NCBI GenBank assembly: GCA_040389905.1
Contig: JAZJZK010000023.1
Coordinates: 128,407 to 192,406 of the forward strand
Source of the DNA: Gemmatimonadota bacterium
Lineage (GTDB): Bacteria; Gemmatimonadota; Gemmatimonadetes; Gemmatimonadales; Gemmatimonadaceae
Direction: 5' to 3'
DNA length: 64,000 nucleotides
In this document: positions 39,710 to 48,512 of the stretch, one piece after another
Layout: each line of letters begins with the position of its first letter
Numbering within the stretch: the first letter of the stretch is position 1
Notes under the pieces: model-generated
Told to the model about the DNA's origin: nothing
Databases searched by the model: none
What the model saw: only the letters and a program-made list of their open reading frames with translations
Translations under genes and position numbers: made by a program

Positions 39710-41281
39710 CTACGGCGCGACTCGCTGCTGCGTCTTCAATGCCGCCGGTGTCGAATTGGGCGCCGCGGTTTCACGCAGGCCCCTGAGCGCGCGCATGATG
39801 GCGAACGCCACCTTCCGCAAATGGCCATCCGCCGCGCGGACACCACTGATCGTGCCGTAGTCGCCAGACTCCGCGACCACGAGCCCCTTGATCAGCGGAC
39901 GGCTCGTTGCCCACGCCAGTGCAGACCACACGGCGCGCTCCTGGCTGGCTTCGCCATGCGCCTCGGGGAATCCTCCGGACTCGAACACCCAATGATCCTT
40001 CGTCGATCCCGCCTCGCGCATCCAGCGATCCGCTGCCCCGCGTGCGGCGTCGAGTGTTCGCACACCGGTGGACGACGGATACAGCGTGAATCCCGGTACG
40101 TCGATCGGTGAGCCGCGCCGCGCTGCCCAGGCGTACAGCGTGCTGTCGCGGCGATCGTATGTCGACGCCGCGACGCCAATCTTCACGCGTGGCCTCGCGC
40201 GCTTCGCGACCGCGGCCGCCTTGGTGAAATAGCCCTGCCAGAACTCTGGGCTCCGCGCGCCAGCGGCGCGGGTTCCTGCGTCGTACGGGTCCTTGGCCGG
40301 CACGAGGATGTCGGGCCGCAGGATCCTCACGATGGGCTCGATCGCGGCGATGCGTCGCGTCTCGCTGAACCGATCGCCGGCGAGTGGCAGCAGGCTTCGC
40401 TCGTATCCCAGCGTCACGATGAGCGTCGTGCTGTCGCCCCGTACGTCGTCGAGGACATGCGAAATGGAATCGAGTGCCGCCTGATTCATGCGCTCGGGAA
40501 TCAGCGTGACCGCAATGACCGAGACGCCGAGTGTATCCGCGAGCGCGACGTCATTCGTGATCGCGAGTGGGGGCGGCCCACCATCGAGATCGGGGAACAG
40601 CTTCAATCCAATGTTGAAATCACCCTTGGGTCGCTCCTGGAGCACTTCCGTGCGCGGATCGTGGATGCGGTACGAGTTCACGGCCTGGTCTGCCGGCAGC
40701 AGCTGCGAAACGAACAGCGCAATCCAGAGAAACGCGACGAGTGCGAGGAAGAGCCGGAAGGTCGCGGCCGACGGCCTGAGTGCCGGGAACGCGGGCGCTG
40801 TCATCGGCACAAAGAAGAAAAATGGCGACGCGATGATCCACCGTGACTGCGTGAGCCACGCAAACGCGCCACCGGTCGCCGCAAGAAACACGAGGGCTGG
40901 TCCCGGCAGCGGCGTGCCGCGCGAGGCGATGAAGCGCAGCACGACATCGAGTGCGATCAGGACGTCGTAGACCGAGATGAAGAATCCGAGAAATGGATTC
41001 ACGAGTCGCCGGACGGCCGCGTACAGCGCCTGCACCGCGAACAGCACGACCGTGACGGGCCACAGCCATTCGACCGCCGTAACGGTGCGTCCGGTAATCG
41101 CGTTCGACGTGGCGAGGTGGATCAGCAGCGCTGGCAGGAGAAAGAAGCCAGCGAGCGCCGTGATGAACACGAAGGGTCGCGGCAAGGTCTTCACCTGCGC
41201 GATGCGGCCCGTCAGCACGACATCCCAGATGACGATGATTGTCACCAGGAGCATCTGGAGCAGGGGGAAGAACGCCCTCAT
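39710..41281 (-). CDS. Membrane protein with about 6 N-terminal TMs and a C-terminal glycoside-hydrolase-like domain
   Basis: Hydrophobic first 190 aa; IDVPGFTLYP..HWVFESGGFP..GEASQ pattern resembles a GH-A TIM barrel (tentative). Confidence 0.75.
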   Translation of the reverse strand: MRAFFPLLQMLLVTIIVIWDVVLTGRIAQVKTLPRPFVFITALAGFFLLPALLIHLATSNAITGRTVTAVEWLWPVTVVLFAVQALYAAVRRLVNPFLGFFISVYDVLIALDVVLRFIASRGTPLPGPALVFLAATGGAFAWLTQSRWIIASPFFFFVPMTAPAFPALRPSAATFRLFLALVAFLWIALFVSQLLPADQAVNSYRIHDPRTEVLQERPKGDFNIGLKLFPDLDGGPPPLAITNDVALADTLGVSVIAVTLIPERMNQAALDSISHVLDDVRGDSTTLIVTLGYERSLLPLAGDRFSETRRIAAIEPIVRILRPDILVPAKDPYDAGTRAAGARSPEFWQGYFTKAAAVAKRARPRVKIGVAASTYDRRDSTLYAWAARRGSPIDVPGFTLYPSSTGVRTLDAARGAADRWMREAGSTKDHWVFESGGFPEAHGEASQERAVWSALAWATSRPLIKGLVVAESGDYGTISGVRAADGHLRKVAFAIMRALRGLRETAAPNSTPAALKTQQRVAP

Positions 41282-41282
41282 G

Positions 41283-41630
41283 TCATGCCCTGACTCGCGT
41301 GTCGCTTTTCACCGAGGCCGGTGACAGGCGTCGCACGAAGACGTCCAGCGCCTTGGCCGCACCGGCGGTATCTCTCGCGATGACGTCGATGAGCGCGATG
41401 CCGCGGTCGGGTAGGGAGTGGACGCTCGCGTGGCCGGGATCGAGGAGAAGCACCGCCGAGACTTCTCCATTGGGCGCGGCCCGTACAATTGGCGCACCGG
41501 GGGCATTGAGGCCCGCCGCACCCGCAGCCGCGATCAGCAGTCCGCTGAGGAGCGGCGCATCGCGCAGTGCGCCGGACGCCACCCCAACAAGGTCGGCGCA
41601 GACGTGCGTGAGCGTTTCCGCGTCGTTCAC
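41283..41630 (-). CDS. S-adenosylmethionine decarboxylase (SpeD/SpeH)-like protein lacking the ES autocleavage site
   Basis: HVCADL.G..L.D..LL..AA..G.VSAVLLLDPGHASVHSLPDRG.A.IDV matches the family pattern, with ESH replaced by PGH; GTG start. Confidence 0.75.
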   Translation of the reverse strand: MNDAETLTHVCADLVGVASGALRDAPLLSGLLIAAAGAAGLNAPGAPIVRAAPNGEVSAVLLLDPGHASVHSLPDRGIALIDVIARDTAGAAKALDVFVRRLSPASVKSDTRVRA

Positions 41631-41634
41631 CGTG

Positions 41635-43050
41635 TCAGGGACGCGCGGGAGCAGCCGCAGCACCGGCCGCTGGCCGGGCTGCATTCCCAGCCGTGCGCGC
41701 GATCGACTTGTGTCCGTTCGCTCCCACGGCGCGGACGGCAGCCCAGCCATCGTCGAGCTGAAAGTCGAGCTGCGCCGTCAGCCCCGTCGGAACGATGACC
41801 GCCCGGTCCCACGATGGCGACGTCGTCTTTCGAAGCAGTATCTCATACCGAACGGCGCCGGCGACTGGCGTCCACCGAACTGACCACGCCTGACCACCAG
41901 ACGCGGCGTTTTCTCGCCGCGCGATCACCGAGTCGGGCGAGGCCGGTGCGGAGGCAAGGGATATGAGCGTGGCGGCGTTGAGCCGGGCCACCTGGGCGAC
42001 ATAGCCGAAGTTCACGTGCGAGAAGTCGTCGGTCGGAAGATGTTGGCGCTTGTAGTTCTCGAGCCGTTCCGTAAAGCGAAGACCGGGCCAGCCCGCCGTG
42101 ACGTAGGGACTGTGATCGCCACCGCGGCCAATCCGATCGAGCCGAAAGACCGGCACGACCTCGAACGCAGGCTGGTAGAGCACGCCAAGTCCCCACACGT
42201 AGCGGCCGAGCTCGCGGCTTCCCGAGCTGTCCGGATCGGCAGCGTAGATGCGCACGCTGGTCGAGTCCACCGTGCCGTCTTCGGCGATGACATTGCCGAT
42301 GATGTCGTCCGTCATCCCTGCGATCACGTGTTTGCCCTCGGCCTTCAAACGCTGCGCAAGGTGCGTTGCTCCGAGCAGACCTTGCTCTTCGGCGGCGTGG
42401 AGGACGAAAATGACCGTGGCGTCAAGCCCCTTCGGATAGCGCGCGGAAATGACGCGCGCGAGCTCGACGACCGCGGAGGTTCCAGATCCGTCGTCGTCTG
42501 CGCCCGGTGCGTTGGAGGTCGAATCGACGTTTCCGGCGGTTGCGGCGCTACAGACGCAGGAGTCGTAATGGCCGCCGAGCACGATGACGCGATTCGTGTC
42601 GCGCCCCGGAAGAATACCGAGGACATTGACGATGTTGACGGCAAGCCGCTGCGGGTGACGGGCGACCGGAAGGACGGCGGCGTCGTACTCGACGCGGAGG
42701 CATCCACCGCACTCCCGACTGGATTGCTGAAGCTGCGCGAAGAGCCATCGGCGGGCGGCGCCAATGCCTCGGGAGCTCGAGAGCGTATCGGAGAAGGTGT
42801 TTCGCGTCCCGAACGAGACGAGCGCAGAATCGGTGGCGCGGATGCGTGCGGGCGAGATATCGCGGAGCGCGGCGGCAATGGCGGAATCGCGATTGAGGCC
42901 GATGCGGGGATCGCCGAGCCACCCGCTGCTCGCCGGAATGACGGCCACGCCATTGGCGGAGACGCCGACCTCGGTGGACGTCGAAATTGTGCGCGTCGCG
43001 CAGCCCGAGGCGAGCGCCAGGAGCACGCTCAATCGAGCTGCGGGCTTCAT
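41635..43050 (-). CDS. M28 family metallopeptidase, lipoprotein
   Basis: LASGC lipobox; GGHYDS, APGADDDGSG, AAEEQGLLG, GRGGDHSP, QHLPTD; TGATG overlap with the upstream gene. Confidence 0.92.
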   Translation of the reverse strand: MKPAARLSVLLALASGCATRTISTSTEVGVSANGVAVIPASSGWLGDPRIGLNRDSAIAAALRDISPARIRATDSALVSFGTRNTFSDTLSSSRGIGAARRWLFAQLQQSSRECGGCLRVEYDAAVLPVARHPQRLAVNIVNVLGILPGRDTNRVIVLGGHYDSCVCSAATAGNVDSTSNAPGADDDGSGTSAVVELARVISARYPKGLDATVIFVLHAAEEQGLLGATHLAQRLKAEGKHVIAGMTDDIIGNVIAEDGTVDSTSVRIYAADPDSSGSRELGRYVWGLGVLYQPAFEVVPVFRLDRIGRGGDHSPYVTAGWPGLRFTERLENYKRQHLPTDDFSHVNFGYVAQVARLNAATLISLASAPASPDSVIARRENAASGGQAWSVRWTPVAGAVRYEILLRKTTSPSWDRAVIVPTGLTAQLDFQLDDGWAAVRAVGANGHKSIARTAGNAARPAAGAAAAPARP

Positions 43051-43514
43051 CAAAACATCGACATCGCGAGGAACGACCGCAGCGAGTCGTTCGTACTTCG
43101 GAGCCGCGCCGACAAGAGCCTGGTCACCGACCAGAGGACCTTGTACGCCATCTCGCGATTGAAGTCGAGGAGCATCTCGAAGTCGGGTCGCGTGATGGTG
43201 AGCACGGTGGTGCCCCCGTTGGAGATGGCGTGTGTCGAGCGGTCGCTGCGGTCGAACACGGCCATTTCGCCGAACAGCGCGCCGAGTTTGAGAATGGCGA
43301 GCGCCTCCTCGCCGCTGCCGGGTACGTCGCGGCTGATGCGAACCTCGCCGTCGCAGATGAGGTACAGGCGGTTTCCGCTCTCGCCTTCGCGGAAGATGTA
43401 CTCGCCGCTGACGTACTTTTCCTCCTTGCAGACCTCGGCGATTTCCGCGAGTTCTGACTCCTCGAGATCCTTGAAGATGGCAACATTCTTGAGCAGCTCG
43501 ATCGTATCGGGCAT
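43050..43514 (-). CDS. Stand-alone cyclic-nucleotide-binding domain protein
   Basis: IFREGESG..LYLI.DGEVRI, G.LFGEMAVFDRSDRSTHA; no HTH. Confidence 0.92.
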   Translation of the reverse strand: MPDTIELLKNVAIFKDLEESELAEIAEVCKEEKYVSGEYIFREGESGNRLYLICDGEVRISRDVPGSGEEALAILKLGALFGEMAVFDRSDRSTHAISNGGTTVLTITRPDFEMLLDFNREMAYKVLWSVTRLLSARLRSTNDSLRSFLAMSMF

Positions 43515-43620
43515 GCGGCTCCGCAAGGGACGAGGAATGTCGAAGCTTATGAGGCGCGGAGATGCACGGCAAGGCGCGCGCCTGACGGCGGATCGAGCGG
43601 GCCGATTATCATTCGAGTCG

Positions 43621-44151
43621 ATGACCACTCACCGACGAACGCTGGGCAACCTTCCCAACCTCCTTTCCTGTTCGCGTCTCGTGCTCGCCGGTGGCTTTGT
43701 TGCCTGGAGCGGGACCGACGGCCGCGTCGGCATCATCGGGGTGGCGGCGATCACGGATTTCCTCGACGGCTGGCTCGCCCGGCGGGTGCACGCGACGTCG
43801 CGCTGGGGCGCACTCCTCGACCCGATCGCGGACCGTGTCTTCGTGCTCACCGTGGTCGGCACGCTCCTGTTTGGCGGCATGCTGACGGCCGGTGCGTACT
43901 ACGTACTGCTCATGCGCGACCTGGCGACGGCCATCGGTTTTCTCGTGGCCCGAGCGATTCCGTGGTTACGGCCGGTCGAGTTCAAGGCGCGTATGGCGGG
44001 CAAGCTCGTAACCGTCCTCCAGCTCTTTTTCCTCGTGTCCGTGCTCACGCTTCCTGAAGCCGCTCCCTACCTGCTCGCGGCGGTGGCGATCGCGTCGCTG
44101 TACGCGATCGGGGACTACACGCTGGCGCTCTGGCGACAGAGGGCGCGATGA
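43621..44151 (+). CDS. CDP-alcohol phosphatidyltransferase
   Basis: LPNLLS..R, TDFLDGWLARR...TSRWGALLDPIAD. Confidence 0.93.
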   Translation: MTTHRRTLGNLPNLLSCSRLVLAGGFVAWSGTDGRVGIIGVAAITDFLDGWLARRVHATSRWGALLDPIADRVFVLTVVGTLLFGGMLTAGAYYVLLMRDLATAIGFLVARAIPWLRPVEFKARMAGKLVTVLQLFFLVSVLTLPEAAPYLLAAVAIASLYAIGDYTLALWRQRAR

Positions 44152-44642
44152 GGAGCGGGCTGGCCGTGGTTCTCCTGACGTTCCTCGCGCAGTCTGTTGG
44201 TGCGCAGAATGTCACCGCGCCGCTCGACGAAGGGGTCAAGCCGGAGGCACGAGCGGACCTGGTACGAACCGGAAGTCGAACATCCCTCCAGTTGGGTGGA
44301 GGGGTGCAAATTCCGGCTGGCTACTACGCGAGAGTTGGCATTCTCGGGAGCGTAGCGGTGATGGCGAACGGTGGCCGTGCCGATCGGGGCCGACTTGACG
44401 TCACTGGCCGTTTCCTGCTGGACCCATTTCGGCAATCGCGCTGGGGACTCTCCGCCGGTGCCGGTTTGAGCATTCGGGTGCCGGACGGCATTGACGGTGG
44501 ACCGAAGCCCTACTTGCTGGCAGTCGTTGATCTCGAAGGGCCTCGTTCGGCGTCAGGAATTTCGCCGGCATTTCAGATTGGACTCGGCGGGGGACTGCGA
44601 ATTGGTGCTGCTTTGAGATGGGGAGGGGTGAGGGCGAGGTAG
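44148..44642 (+). CDS. Exported hypothetical protein, possible small outer-membrane beta-barrel
   Basis: Signal peptide ending in VGA-Q; alternating amphipathic strands; ATGA overlap. Confidence 0.7.
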   Translation: MRSGLAVVLLTFLAQSVGAQNVTAPLDEGVKPEARADLVRTGSRTSLQLGGGVQIPAGYYARVGILGSVAVMANGGRADRGRLDVTGRFLLDPFRQSRWGLSAGAGLSIRVPDGIDGGPKPYLLAVVDLEGPRSASGISPAFQIGLGGGLRIGAALRWGGVRAR

Positions 44643-44674
44643 ACTCATTCCTCATGCACGCCGGCTTCGATTTG

Positions 44675-44822
44675 AACCGCAGAGGGCGCAGAGGAGCAGA
44701 GGAACGCAGAGGAAAGCGTAACAGCAAGTGCGGGCCCTTCGCTGCGCTCACGGGCGACAAAACGAGCGGAGGTCTAATGGTTTTCCTCTGCGTACCTCTG
44801 CTCCTCTGCGTCCTCTGCGGTG
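44675..44822. repeat. Composite palindrome: (GCAGAGGNN)n arms enclosing a type B REP
   Basis: AACCGCAGAGGGCGCAGAGGAGCAGAGGAACGCAGAGGAAA ... TTTCCTCTGCGTACCTCTGCTCCTCTGCGTCCTCTGCGGT. Confidence 0.88.
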
Positions 44823-44936
44823 AACAGTGTCTCGCAGATGTCAGCGAAGGGGCGGAGGTAGGGGTGCCACCCGCAAAACAGGAAGAGCGCAACTTTACGT
44901 TACGCTCTCCAAAGTCTACAACCGATTTGAAGCGAG

Positions 44937-45224
44937 CTACGCTGCCGAGGCGGCGTCTGACTCCGTTCGCGCCTTGGGCGGCTGGGCGAAGCGCATTCCG
45001 AGTGTCTTGAGCTCGGTGATCTGCTGCTCGCTGAGCTCGGGAAAACGCTCAGTCATGTACTTGATCGTCTCGGCGAACCACTCCTCGACGTGTTCGGCGT
45101 CCGCGCCGACGACACCGCAACGCATGATGTGCTGAAACAGCTCATCGCGGGCTTGCTCGAAGGGCGAAGGCTCCACTGGACCGGCATAGCGACGTGACCC
45201 TGTATTTCTCTGCGGCTTGGCCAT
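44937..45224 (-). CDS. Small helical hypothetical protein (95 aa)
   Basis: Coding-like codon bias; SPFEQARDELFQHIMRCGV..WF..T..YM.ERFPEL. Confidence 0.75.
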   Translation of the reverse strand: MAKPQRNTGSRRYAGPVEPSPFEQARDELFQHIMRCGVVGADAEHVEEWFAETIKYMTERFPELSEQQITELKTLGMRFAQPPKARTESDAASAA

Positions 45225-45297
45225 GAATTCGGATAAAAGGTGATGGTATGAACAATATAACAGGGGACGAGCCGTCTTCCCAGACCAACAACGCACG

Positions 45298-46221
45298 TCA
45301 GCTCTGAAGTGCTGTAGCGCCGATGAACTCGAGCAGCAGCGACGCGAGCGTTTCAGGCGCCTCTTCGGGCACCAGACGGCCAACCCCCGGCAAATGTACT
45401 ACCCGGCTCCCCGGAATCGATTCGCTCAGGCGATCGGCGAATTTCGGCCCGATCCACGGATCCTGATCGCCCCACACGATGAGCGTCGGCTGATTCAACG
45501 TCCGGAGCTCGACGTCCTCCATGTCTTCGTCATCAATCGACCTGGCGAGCAACAGAAGATGGCTGAGCCCTTCCTCACCAACGTACGGGGCCAGATACCG
45601 AGCAATGAGCTTATCCGGCATATGGGTCTCATTCGAGACGCTCTTCCGCAGCAACTCGCCCAGAATCGGCGCCGCACCCAGGATTCCTCGACTCACCCGG
45701 AACGCGAAGCGTGCCGTGTTGCGCTGAAGCGTCTTGATATCCTCCGCCGGAATCTCGTCCATCGCGATCGGGTTCAGCAGAAGCAGCCGCTCGACGCGTT
45801 CAGGGCGTGTCGCGGCCAATCGCAGCGCCACGGCAGCGCCGAGGTCCAGACCGATGACGGCCGCCTTGGGTAGCCTGAGCGCCGTGAGCGCGCGATCGAC
45901 GAGCTCCGTCTGGCCGGCGATTCCGAAATCGGCGTCGAACGGCCGATCCGATTCCCCATATCCGAAGAGGTCGATGGCGAAGGCGGTCCGGTTCGCGAGG
46001 GCGATCTCCGGGCCGATGCTTCGCCAGATGAAGCTCGAGGTGCCAAAGCCATGCAGCAGCACCACCGGCGTACCGCCGTGACCGTAGCGCTCGACGTGAA
46101 TCGACCCCGGGCCCACGGGAATCCGCAACAGATCAGCGTCGATAGGACCCTCCTCCTGCCGTTCGGTGTAGTTGCGAGGCAACCGTGCACAAGCACTGGA
46201 GGTAGCTCCGGCATTGCCCAC
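45298..46221 (-). CDS. Alpha/beta hydrolase fold protein
   Basis: LLHGFG, IDLFGYGESDRP, GLDLG nucleophile elbow, IVWGDQDP, GVGRLVPEE; start uncertain (TTG 46182 possible). Confidence 0.9.
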   Translation of the reverse strand: MGNAGATSSACARLPRNYTERQEEGPIDADLLRIPVGPGSIHVERYGHGGTPVVLLHGFGTSSFIWRSIGPEIALANRTAFAIDLFGYGESDRPFDADFGIAGQTELVDRALTALRLPKAAVIGLDLGAAVALRLAATRPERVERLLLLNPIAMDEIPAEDIKTLQRNTARFAFRVSRGILGAAPILGELLRKSVSNETHMPDKLIARYLAPYVGEEGLSHLLLLARSIDDEDMEDVELRTLNQPTLIVWGDQDPWIGPKFADRLSESIPGSRVVHLPGVGRLVPEEAPETLASLLLEFIGATALQS

Positions 46222-46355
46222 GGGTCAAGAGCAGTTCGCAATGCACGCCTCGCGCCGCGGCTACTTTCGCACTCCGGCGCGTTGCCTGAAGGCCCCGTTC
46301 CTCCCTACCTTTCCAAACTTACTCGTCATCACGGCAGTTTCACGCTGAGGCACAT

Positions 46356-47174
46356 ATGGCAAAGAAATCAGAGCAGGGCACCAGCCACCGAGCGAGACGC
46401 CCCGGCGTCGTGCAGAATGCGAAGCGGGGCGGTCCGGGCCGCGGATTCTGGCTGGGGCTCGCGGGTATCGCGGTGCTCGGCATTGCCGTGCTGGCTTGGC
46501 AGACGACCCAGAAACCGGCGGCGATCCGAAAGGTCGACCCCAGCCTCCCCACCCTGAAGGCGGAGGGCTACCTCATGGGCAGCCCCACGGCGCCTCTCGA
46601 GATCGTCGAGTTCGCTGACTTCGAATGTCCAAGCTGCGGCCAATTCGCCACGCTCACGGAACCCGACGTGCGTGCGCGGCTCGTGAACACCGGCAAGGTC
46701 CGCATCCGCTTCATGGACTTCCCACTCGAGATGCACAAGAACACCTGGCACGCACACCTCGCCGCGGCGTGCGCCAACGACCAGGGCAAGTTCTGGGAAA
46801 TGCATGACGCGATCTTCGCCAACCAGGACAAGTGGAACGGCGAGACGACCGGCCGCCCGCGCGGTCCGCTGGGCGACCTTGCCAAGGGGATCGGACTGGA
46901 CATGGCGAAGTACAACACCTGCATGGACGCCGAAACGCACCTCCCACAGGTCCAGGCGAATCAGGCCGAGGGACTTCGGCGTAACGTCAACCAGACCCCG
47001 ACGTTCCTGTTCGGCGACGAACTGCGTCCCGGCGCTGCCTCCTTCGACACGTTCAAGGCGTACGCAGAAATGGCCCTTGCCGCAGACAGCACGCGGAAGG
47101 CGAAGGAAGCCGACAGCGTCGCCAAGGCGGCGAAGACCGCGCCCAAGCTGGACAACGCGAAAAAGGGGACGTGA
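46356..47174 (+). CDS. Membrane-anchored DsbA-family thiol-disulfide oxidoreductase
   Basis: EFADFECPSC, DFPL, AA.CA.DQGKFWEMHD, QTPTF (cis-Pro). Confidence 0.93.
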   Translation: MAKKSEQGTSHRARRPGVVQNAKRGGPGRGFWLGLAGIAVLGIAVLAWQTTQKPAAIRKVDPSLPTLKAEGYLMGSPTAPLEIVEFADFECPSCGQFATLTEPDVRARLVNTGKVRIRFMDFPLEMHKNTWHAHLAAACANDQGKFWEMHDAIFANQDKWNGETTGRPRGPLGDLAKGIGLDMAKYNTCMDAETHLPQVQANQAEGLRRNVNQTPTFLFGDELRPGAASFDTFKAYAEMALAADSTRKAKEADSVAKAAKTAPKLDNAKKGT

Positions 47175-47704
47175 ACAAACGCAGTCTGGCCGCACTCGTC
47201 GCGCTGGCCGGGGTATTCGTCGCGCTCTACCTGACGATGTACAAATTGGGGTACATCGGCACACTCGCCTGCGCTGTGGGGTCGTGCGAGAAAGTGCAAA
47301 CGTCCAAGTGGGCGACGTTCCTCGGCGTCCCCGTGGGCGCGTGGGGCGTCGCCTACTACCTCGGCGTGCTCGGGATCTCGCTGGCTGGATTGTCGCCGAA
47401 GCTCGCTGAGCGGCGCGAGGTCTCGCAGCTACTCGTGGGAGTCACTGGTATCGGGCTGCTGTTCTCGCTCTGGTTGACGTACCTCGAGCTCTTCGTGATC
47501 GACGCGATTTGCCAGTGGTGCGTCATCTCGGCGATTCTGGCGACGGCGCTGTTCGTCATCTCGTGGATGGACCTGCGCGAGGTGACGGCTTGGTCGCTGG
47601 AGTTGGCGGAGGATGCGGCCGACGCGCTGCGGGGCTCGGGGTTCGGGGCGGGGATTCGGAATACGTCCGAAGTCAGTCTGCGGGCAGTCCGAAACGAAGA
47701 CTGA
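47171..47704 (+). CDS. Vitamin K epoxide reductase (VKOR) family protein
   Basis: CAVGSCEKVQTSKW, AICQWC; 4 TMs; overlaps the DsbA stop. Confidence 0.93.
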   Translation: MNKRSLAALVALAGVFVALYLTMYKLGYIGTLACAVGSCEKVQTSKWATFLGVPVGAWGVAYYLGVLGISLAGLSPKLAERREVSQLLVGVTGIGLLFSLWLTYLELFVIDAICQWCVISAILATALFVISWMDLREVTAWSLELAEDAADALRGSGFGAGIRNTSEVSLRAVRNED

Positions 47705-47710
47705 ACTGCC

Positions 47711-47957
47711 GTACGATCGTACTTCGTACAACCACTGACGTACGAGGTACCCGGACCCGGTACGCTGACTTGCATCGAGGCCAAAGAGAGCCATCGACAC
47801 TGTCGATGTCACTGACCCAACGCCAAACGCCGTCCGAAGTTGAGGACGGCGTTCTTCGTAACAACCCTTTCTGATGGCTCTCTTCGGCCATTATGCCAGT
47901 CCGAGTACCGGGTCAGGGTTCTCAGTACGTATGTGGTTGTACTCGGTACGTCCGTAC
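47711..47957. repeat. About 250-nt rod-like inverted repeat with GTAC-periodic arms
   Basis: 85-nt arms 47711-47795 and 47873-47957, colinear complementary with short regular mismatches; inner hairpin AACGCCGTCC/GGACGGCGTT. Confidence 0.9.
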
Positions 47958-47962
47958 GTCTG

Positions 47963-48349
47963 TCACGCTCTTTTCACTCCCCGCTTCGCCTCGGCTGACT
48001 CCCCAATCCGTAGCGGCGGCCGCGAATCGTCCGTCGTTGGCGGCAGGTCATCACGCGAACGCTTGCGGTACGGCACCAGATCCTGACCGAGCACGACGAG
48101 TGTCCTCGTCGCCACCGTGCTCGCGAGCGGTTCGGGGATCGACATCTGCCGCACATACGTGTCGATCGCGCGATCGAAGCTGAGGTCTTCCGCCAGCGTG
48201 TCCACGAACATCAGCGCATTGTCGACGTGCGTGCGGATGATCGACTCCTCGGCGCGTGCCTGCGCGAGGCGCAACCGGCGCTCCGCGGACGGGTCGATCT
48301 TTCGAGCGAAAATGTTCTCGGGGAACAGGCGCTTGAGGCGATTCCACAT
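47963..48349 (-). CDS. Hypothetical helical protein (128 aa)
   Basis: Coding-like; RLRLAQARAEE.IIRTHVDNAL.FVD.L. Confidence 0.8.
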   Translation of the reverse strand: MWNRLKRLFPENIFARKIDPSAERRLRLAQARAEESIIRTHVDNALMFVDTLAEDLSFDRAIDTYVRQMSIPEPLASTVATRTLVVLGQDLVPYRKRSRDDLPPTTDDSRPPLRIGESAEAKRGVKRA

Positions 48350-48419
48350 GGTTCCGGTCGTCCGCAGGTTGGGTGCTCGAGCGAATAGAGCAGGGAATGT
48401 ACCAAAGGCCGGGTGGCCG

Positions 48420-48448
48420 AGGACAGGGACAGCGGACAGGGACAGGAA
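48420..48448. repeat. Short (GGACAG/GGGACAG)n tandem
   Basis: AGGACAGGGACAGCGGACAGGGACAGG; same unit as the arms at 7702-7820. Confidence 0.55.
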
Positions 48449-48512
48449 CTACACCGTCCGATGGCGGATGATTGCTACCGCGACGTAGAATTCTCGACCT
48501 CTTTCCCACCAC

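Noticed and set aside
42016..43620. Long N-terminal extensions in the ORF track (42016..44151 and 41635..43572)
   Set aside because: These are antisense or alternate-frame read-through typical of high-GC DNA; real starts are at 43621 and 43050
47673..47891. 72-aa ORF inside the long hairpin
   Set aside because: It overlaps the palindrome arms and the VKOR end, with no recognisable family
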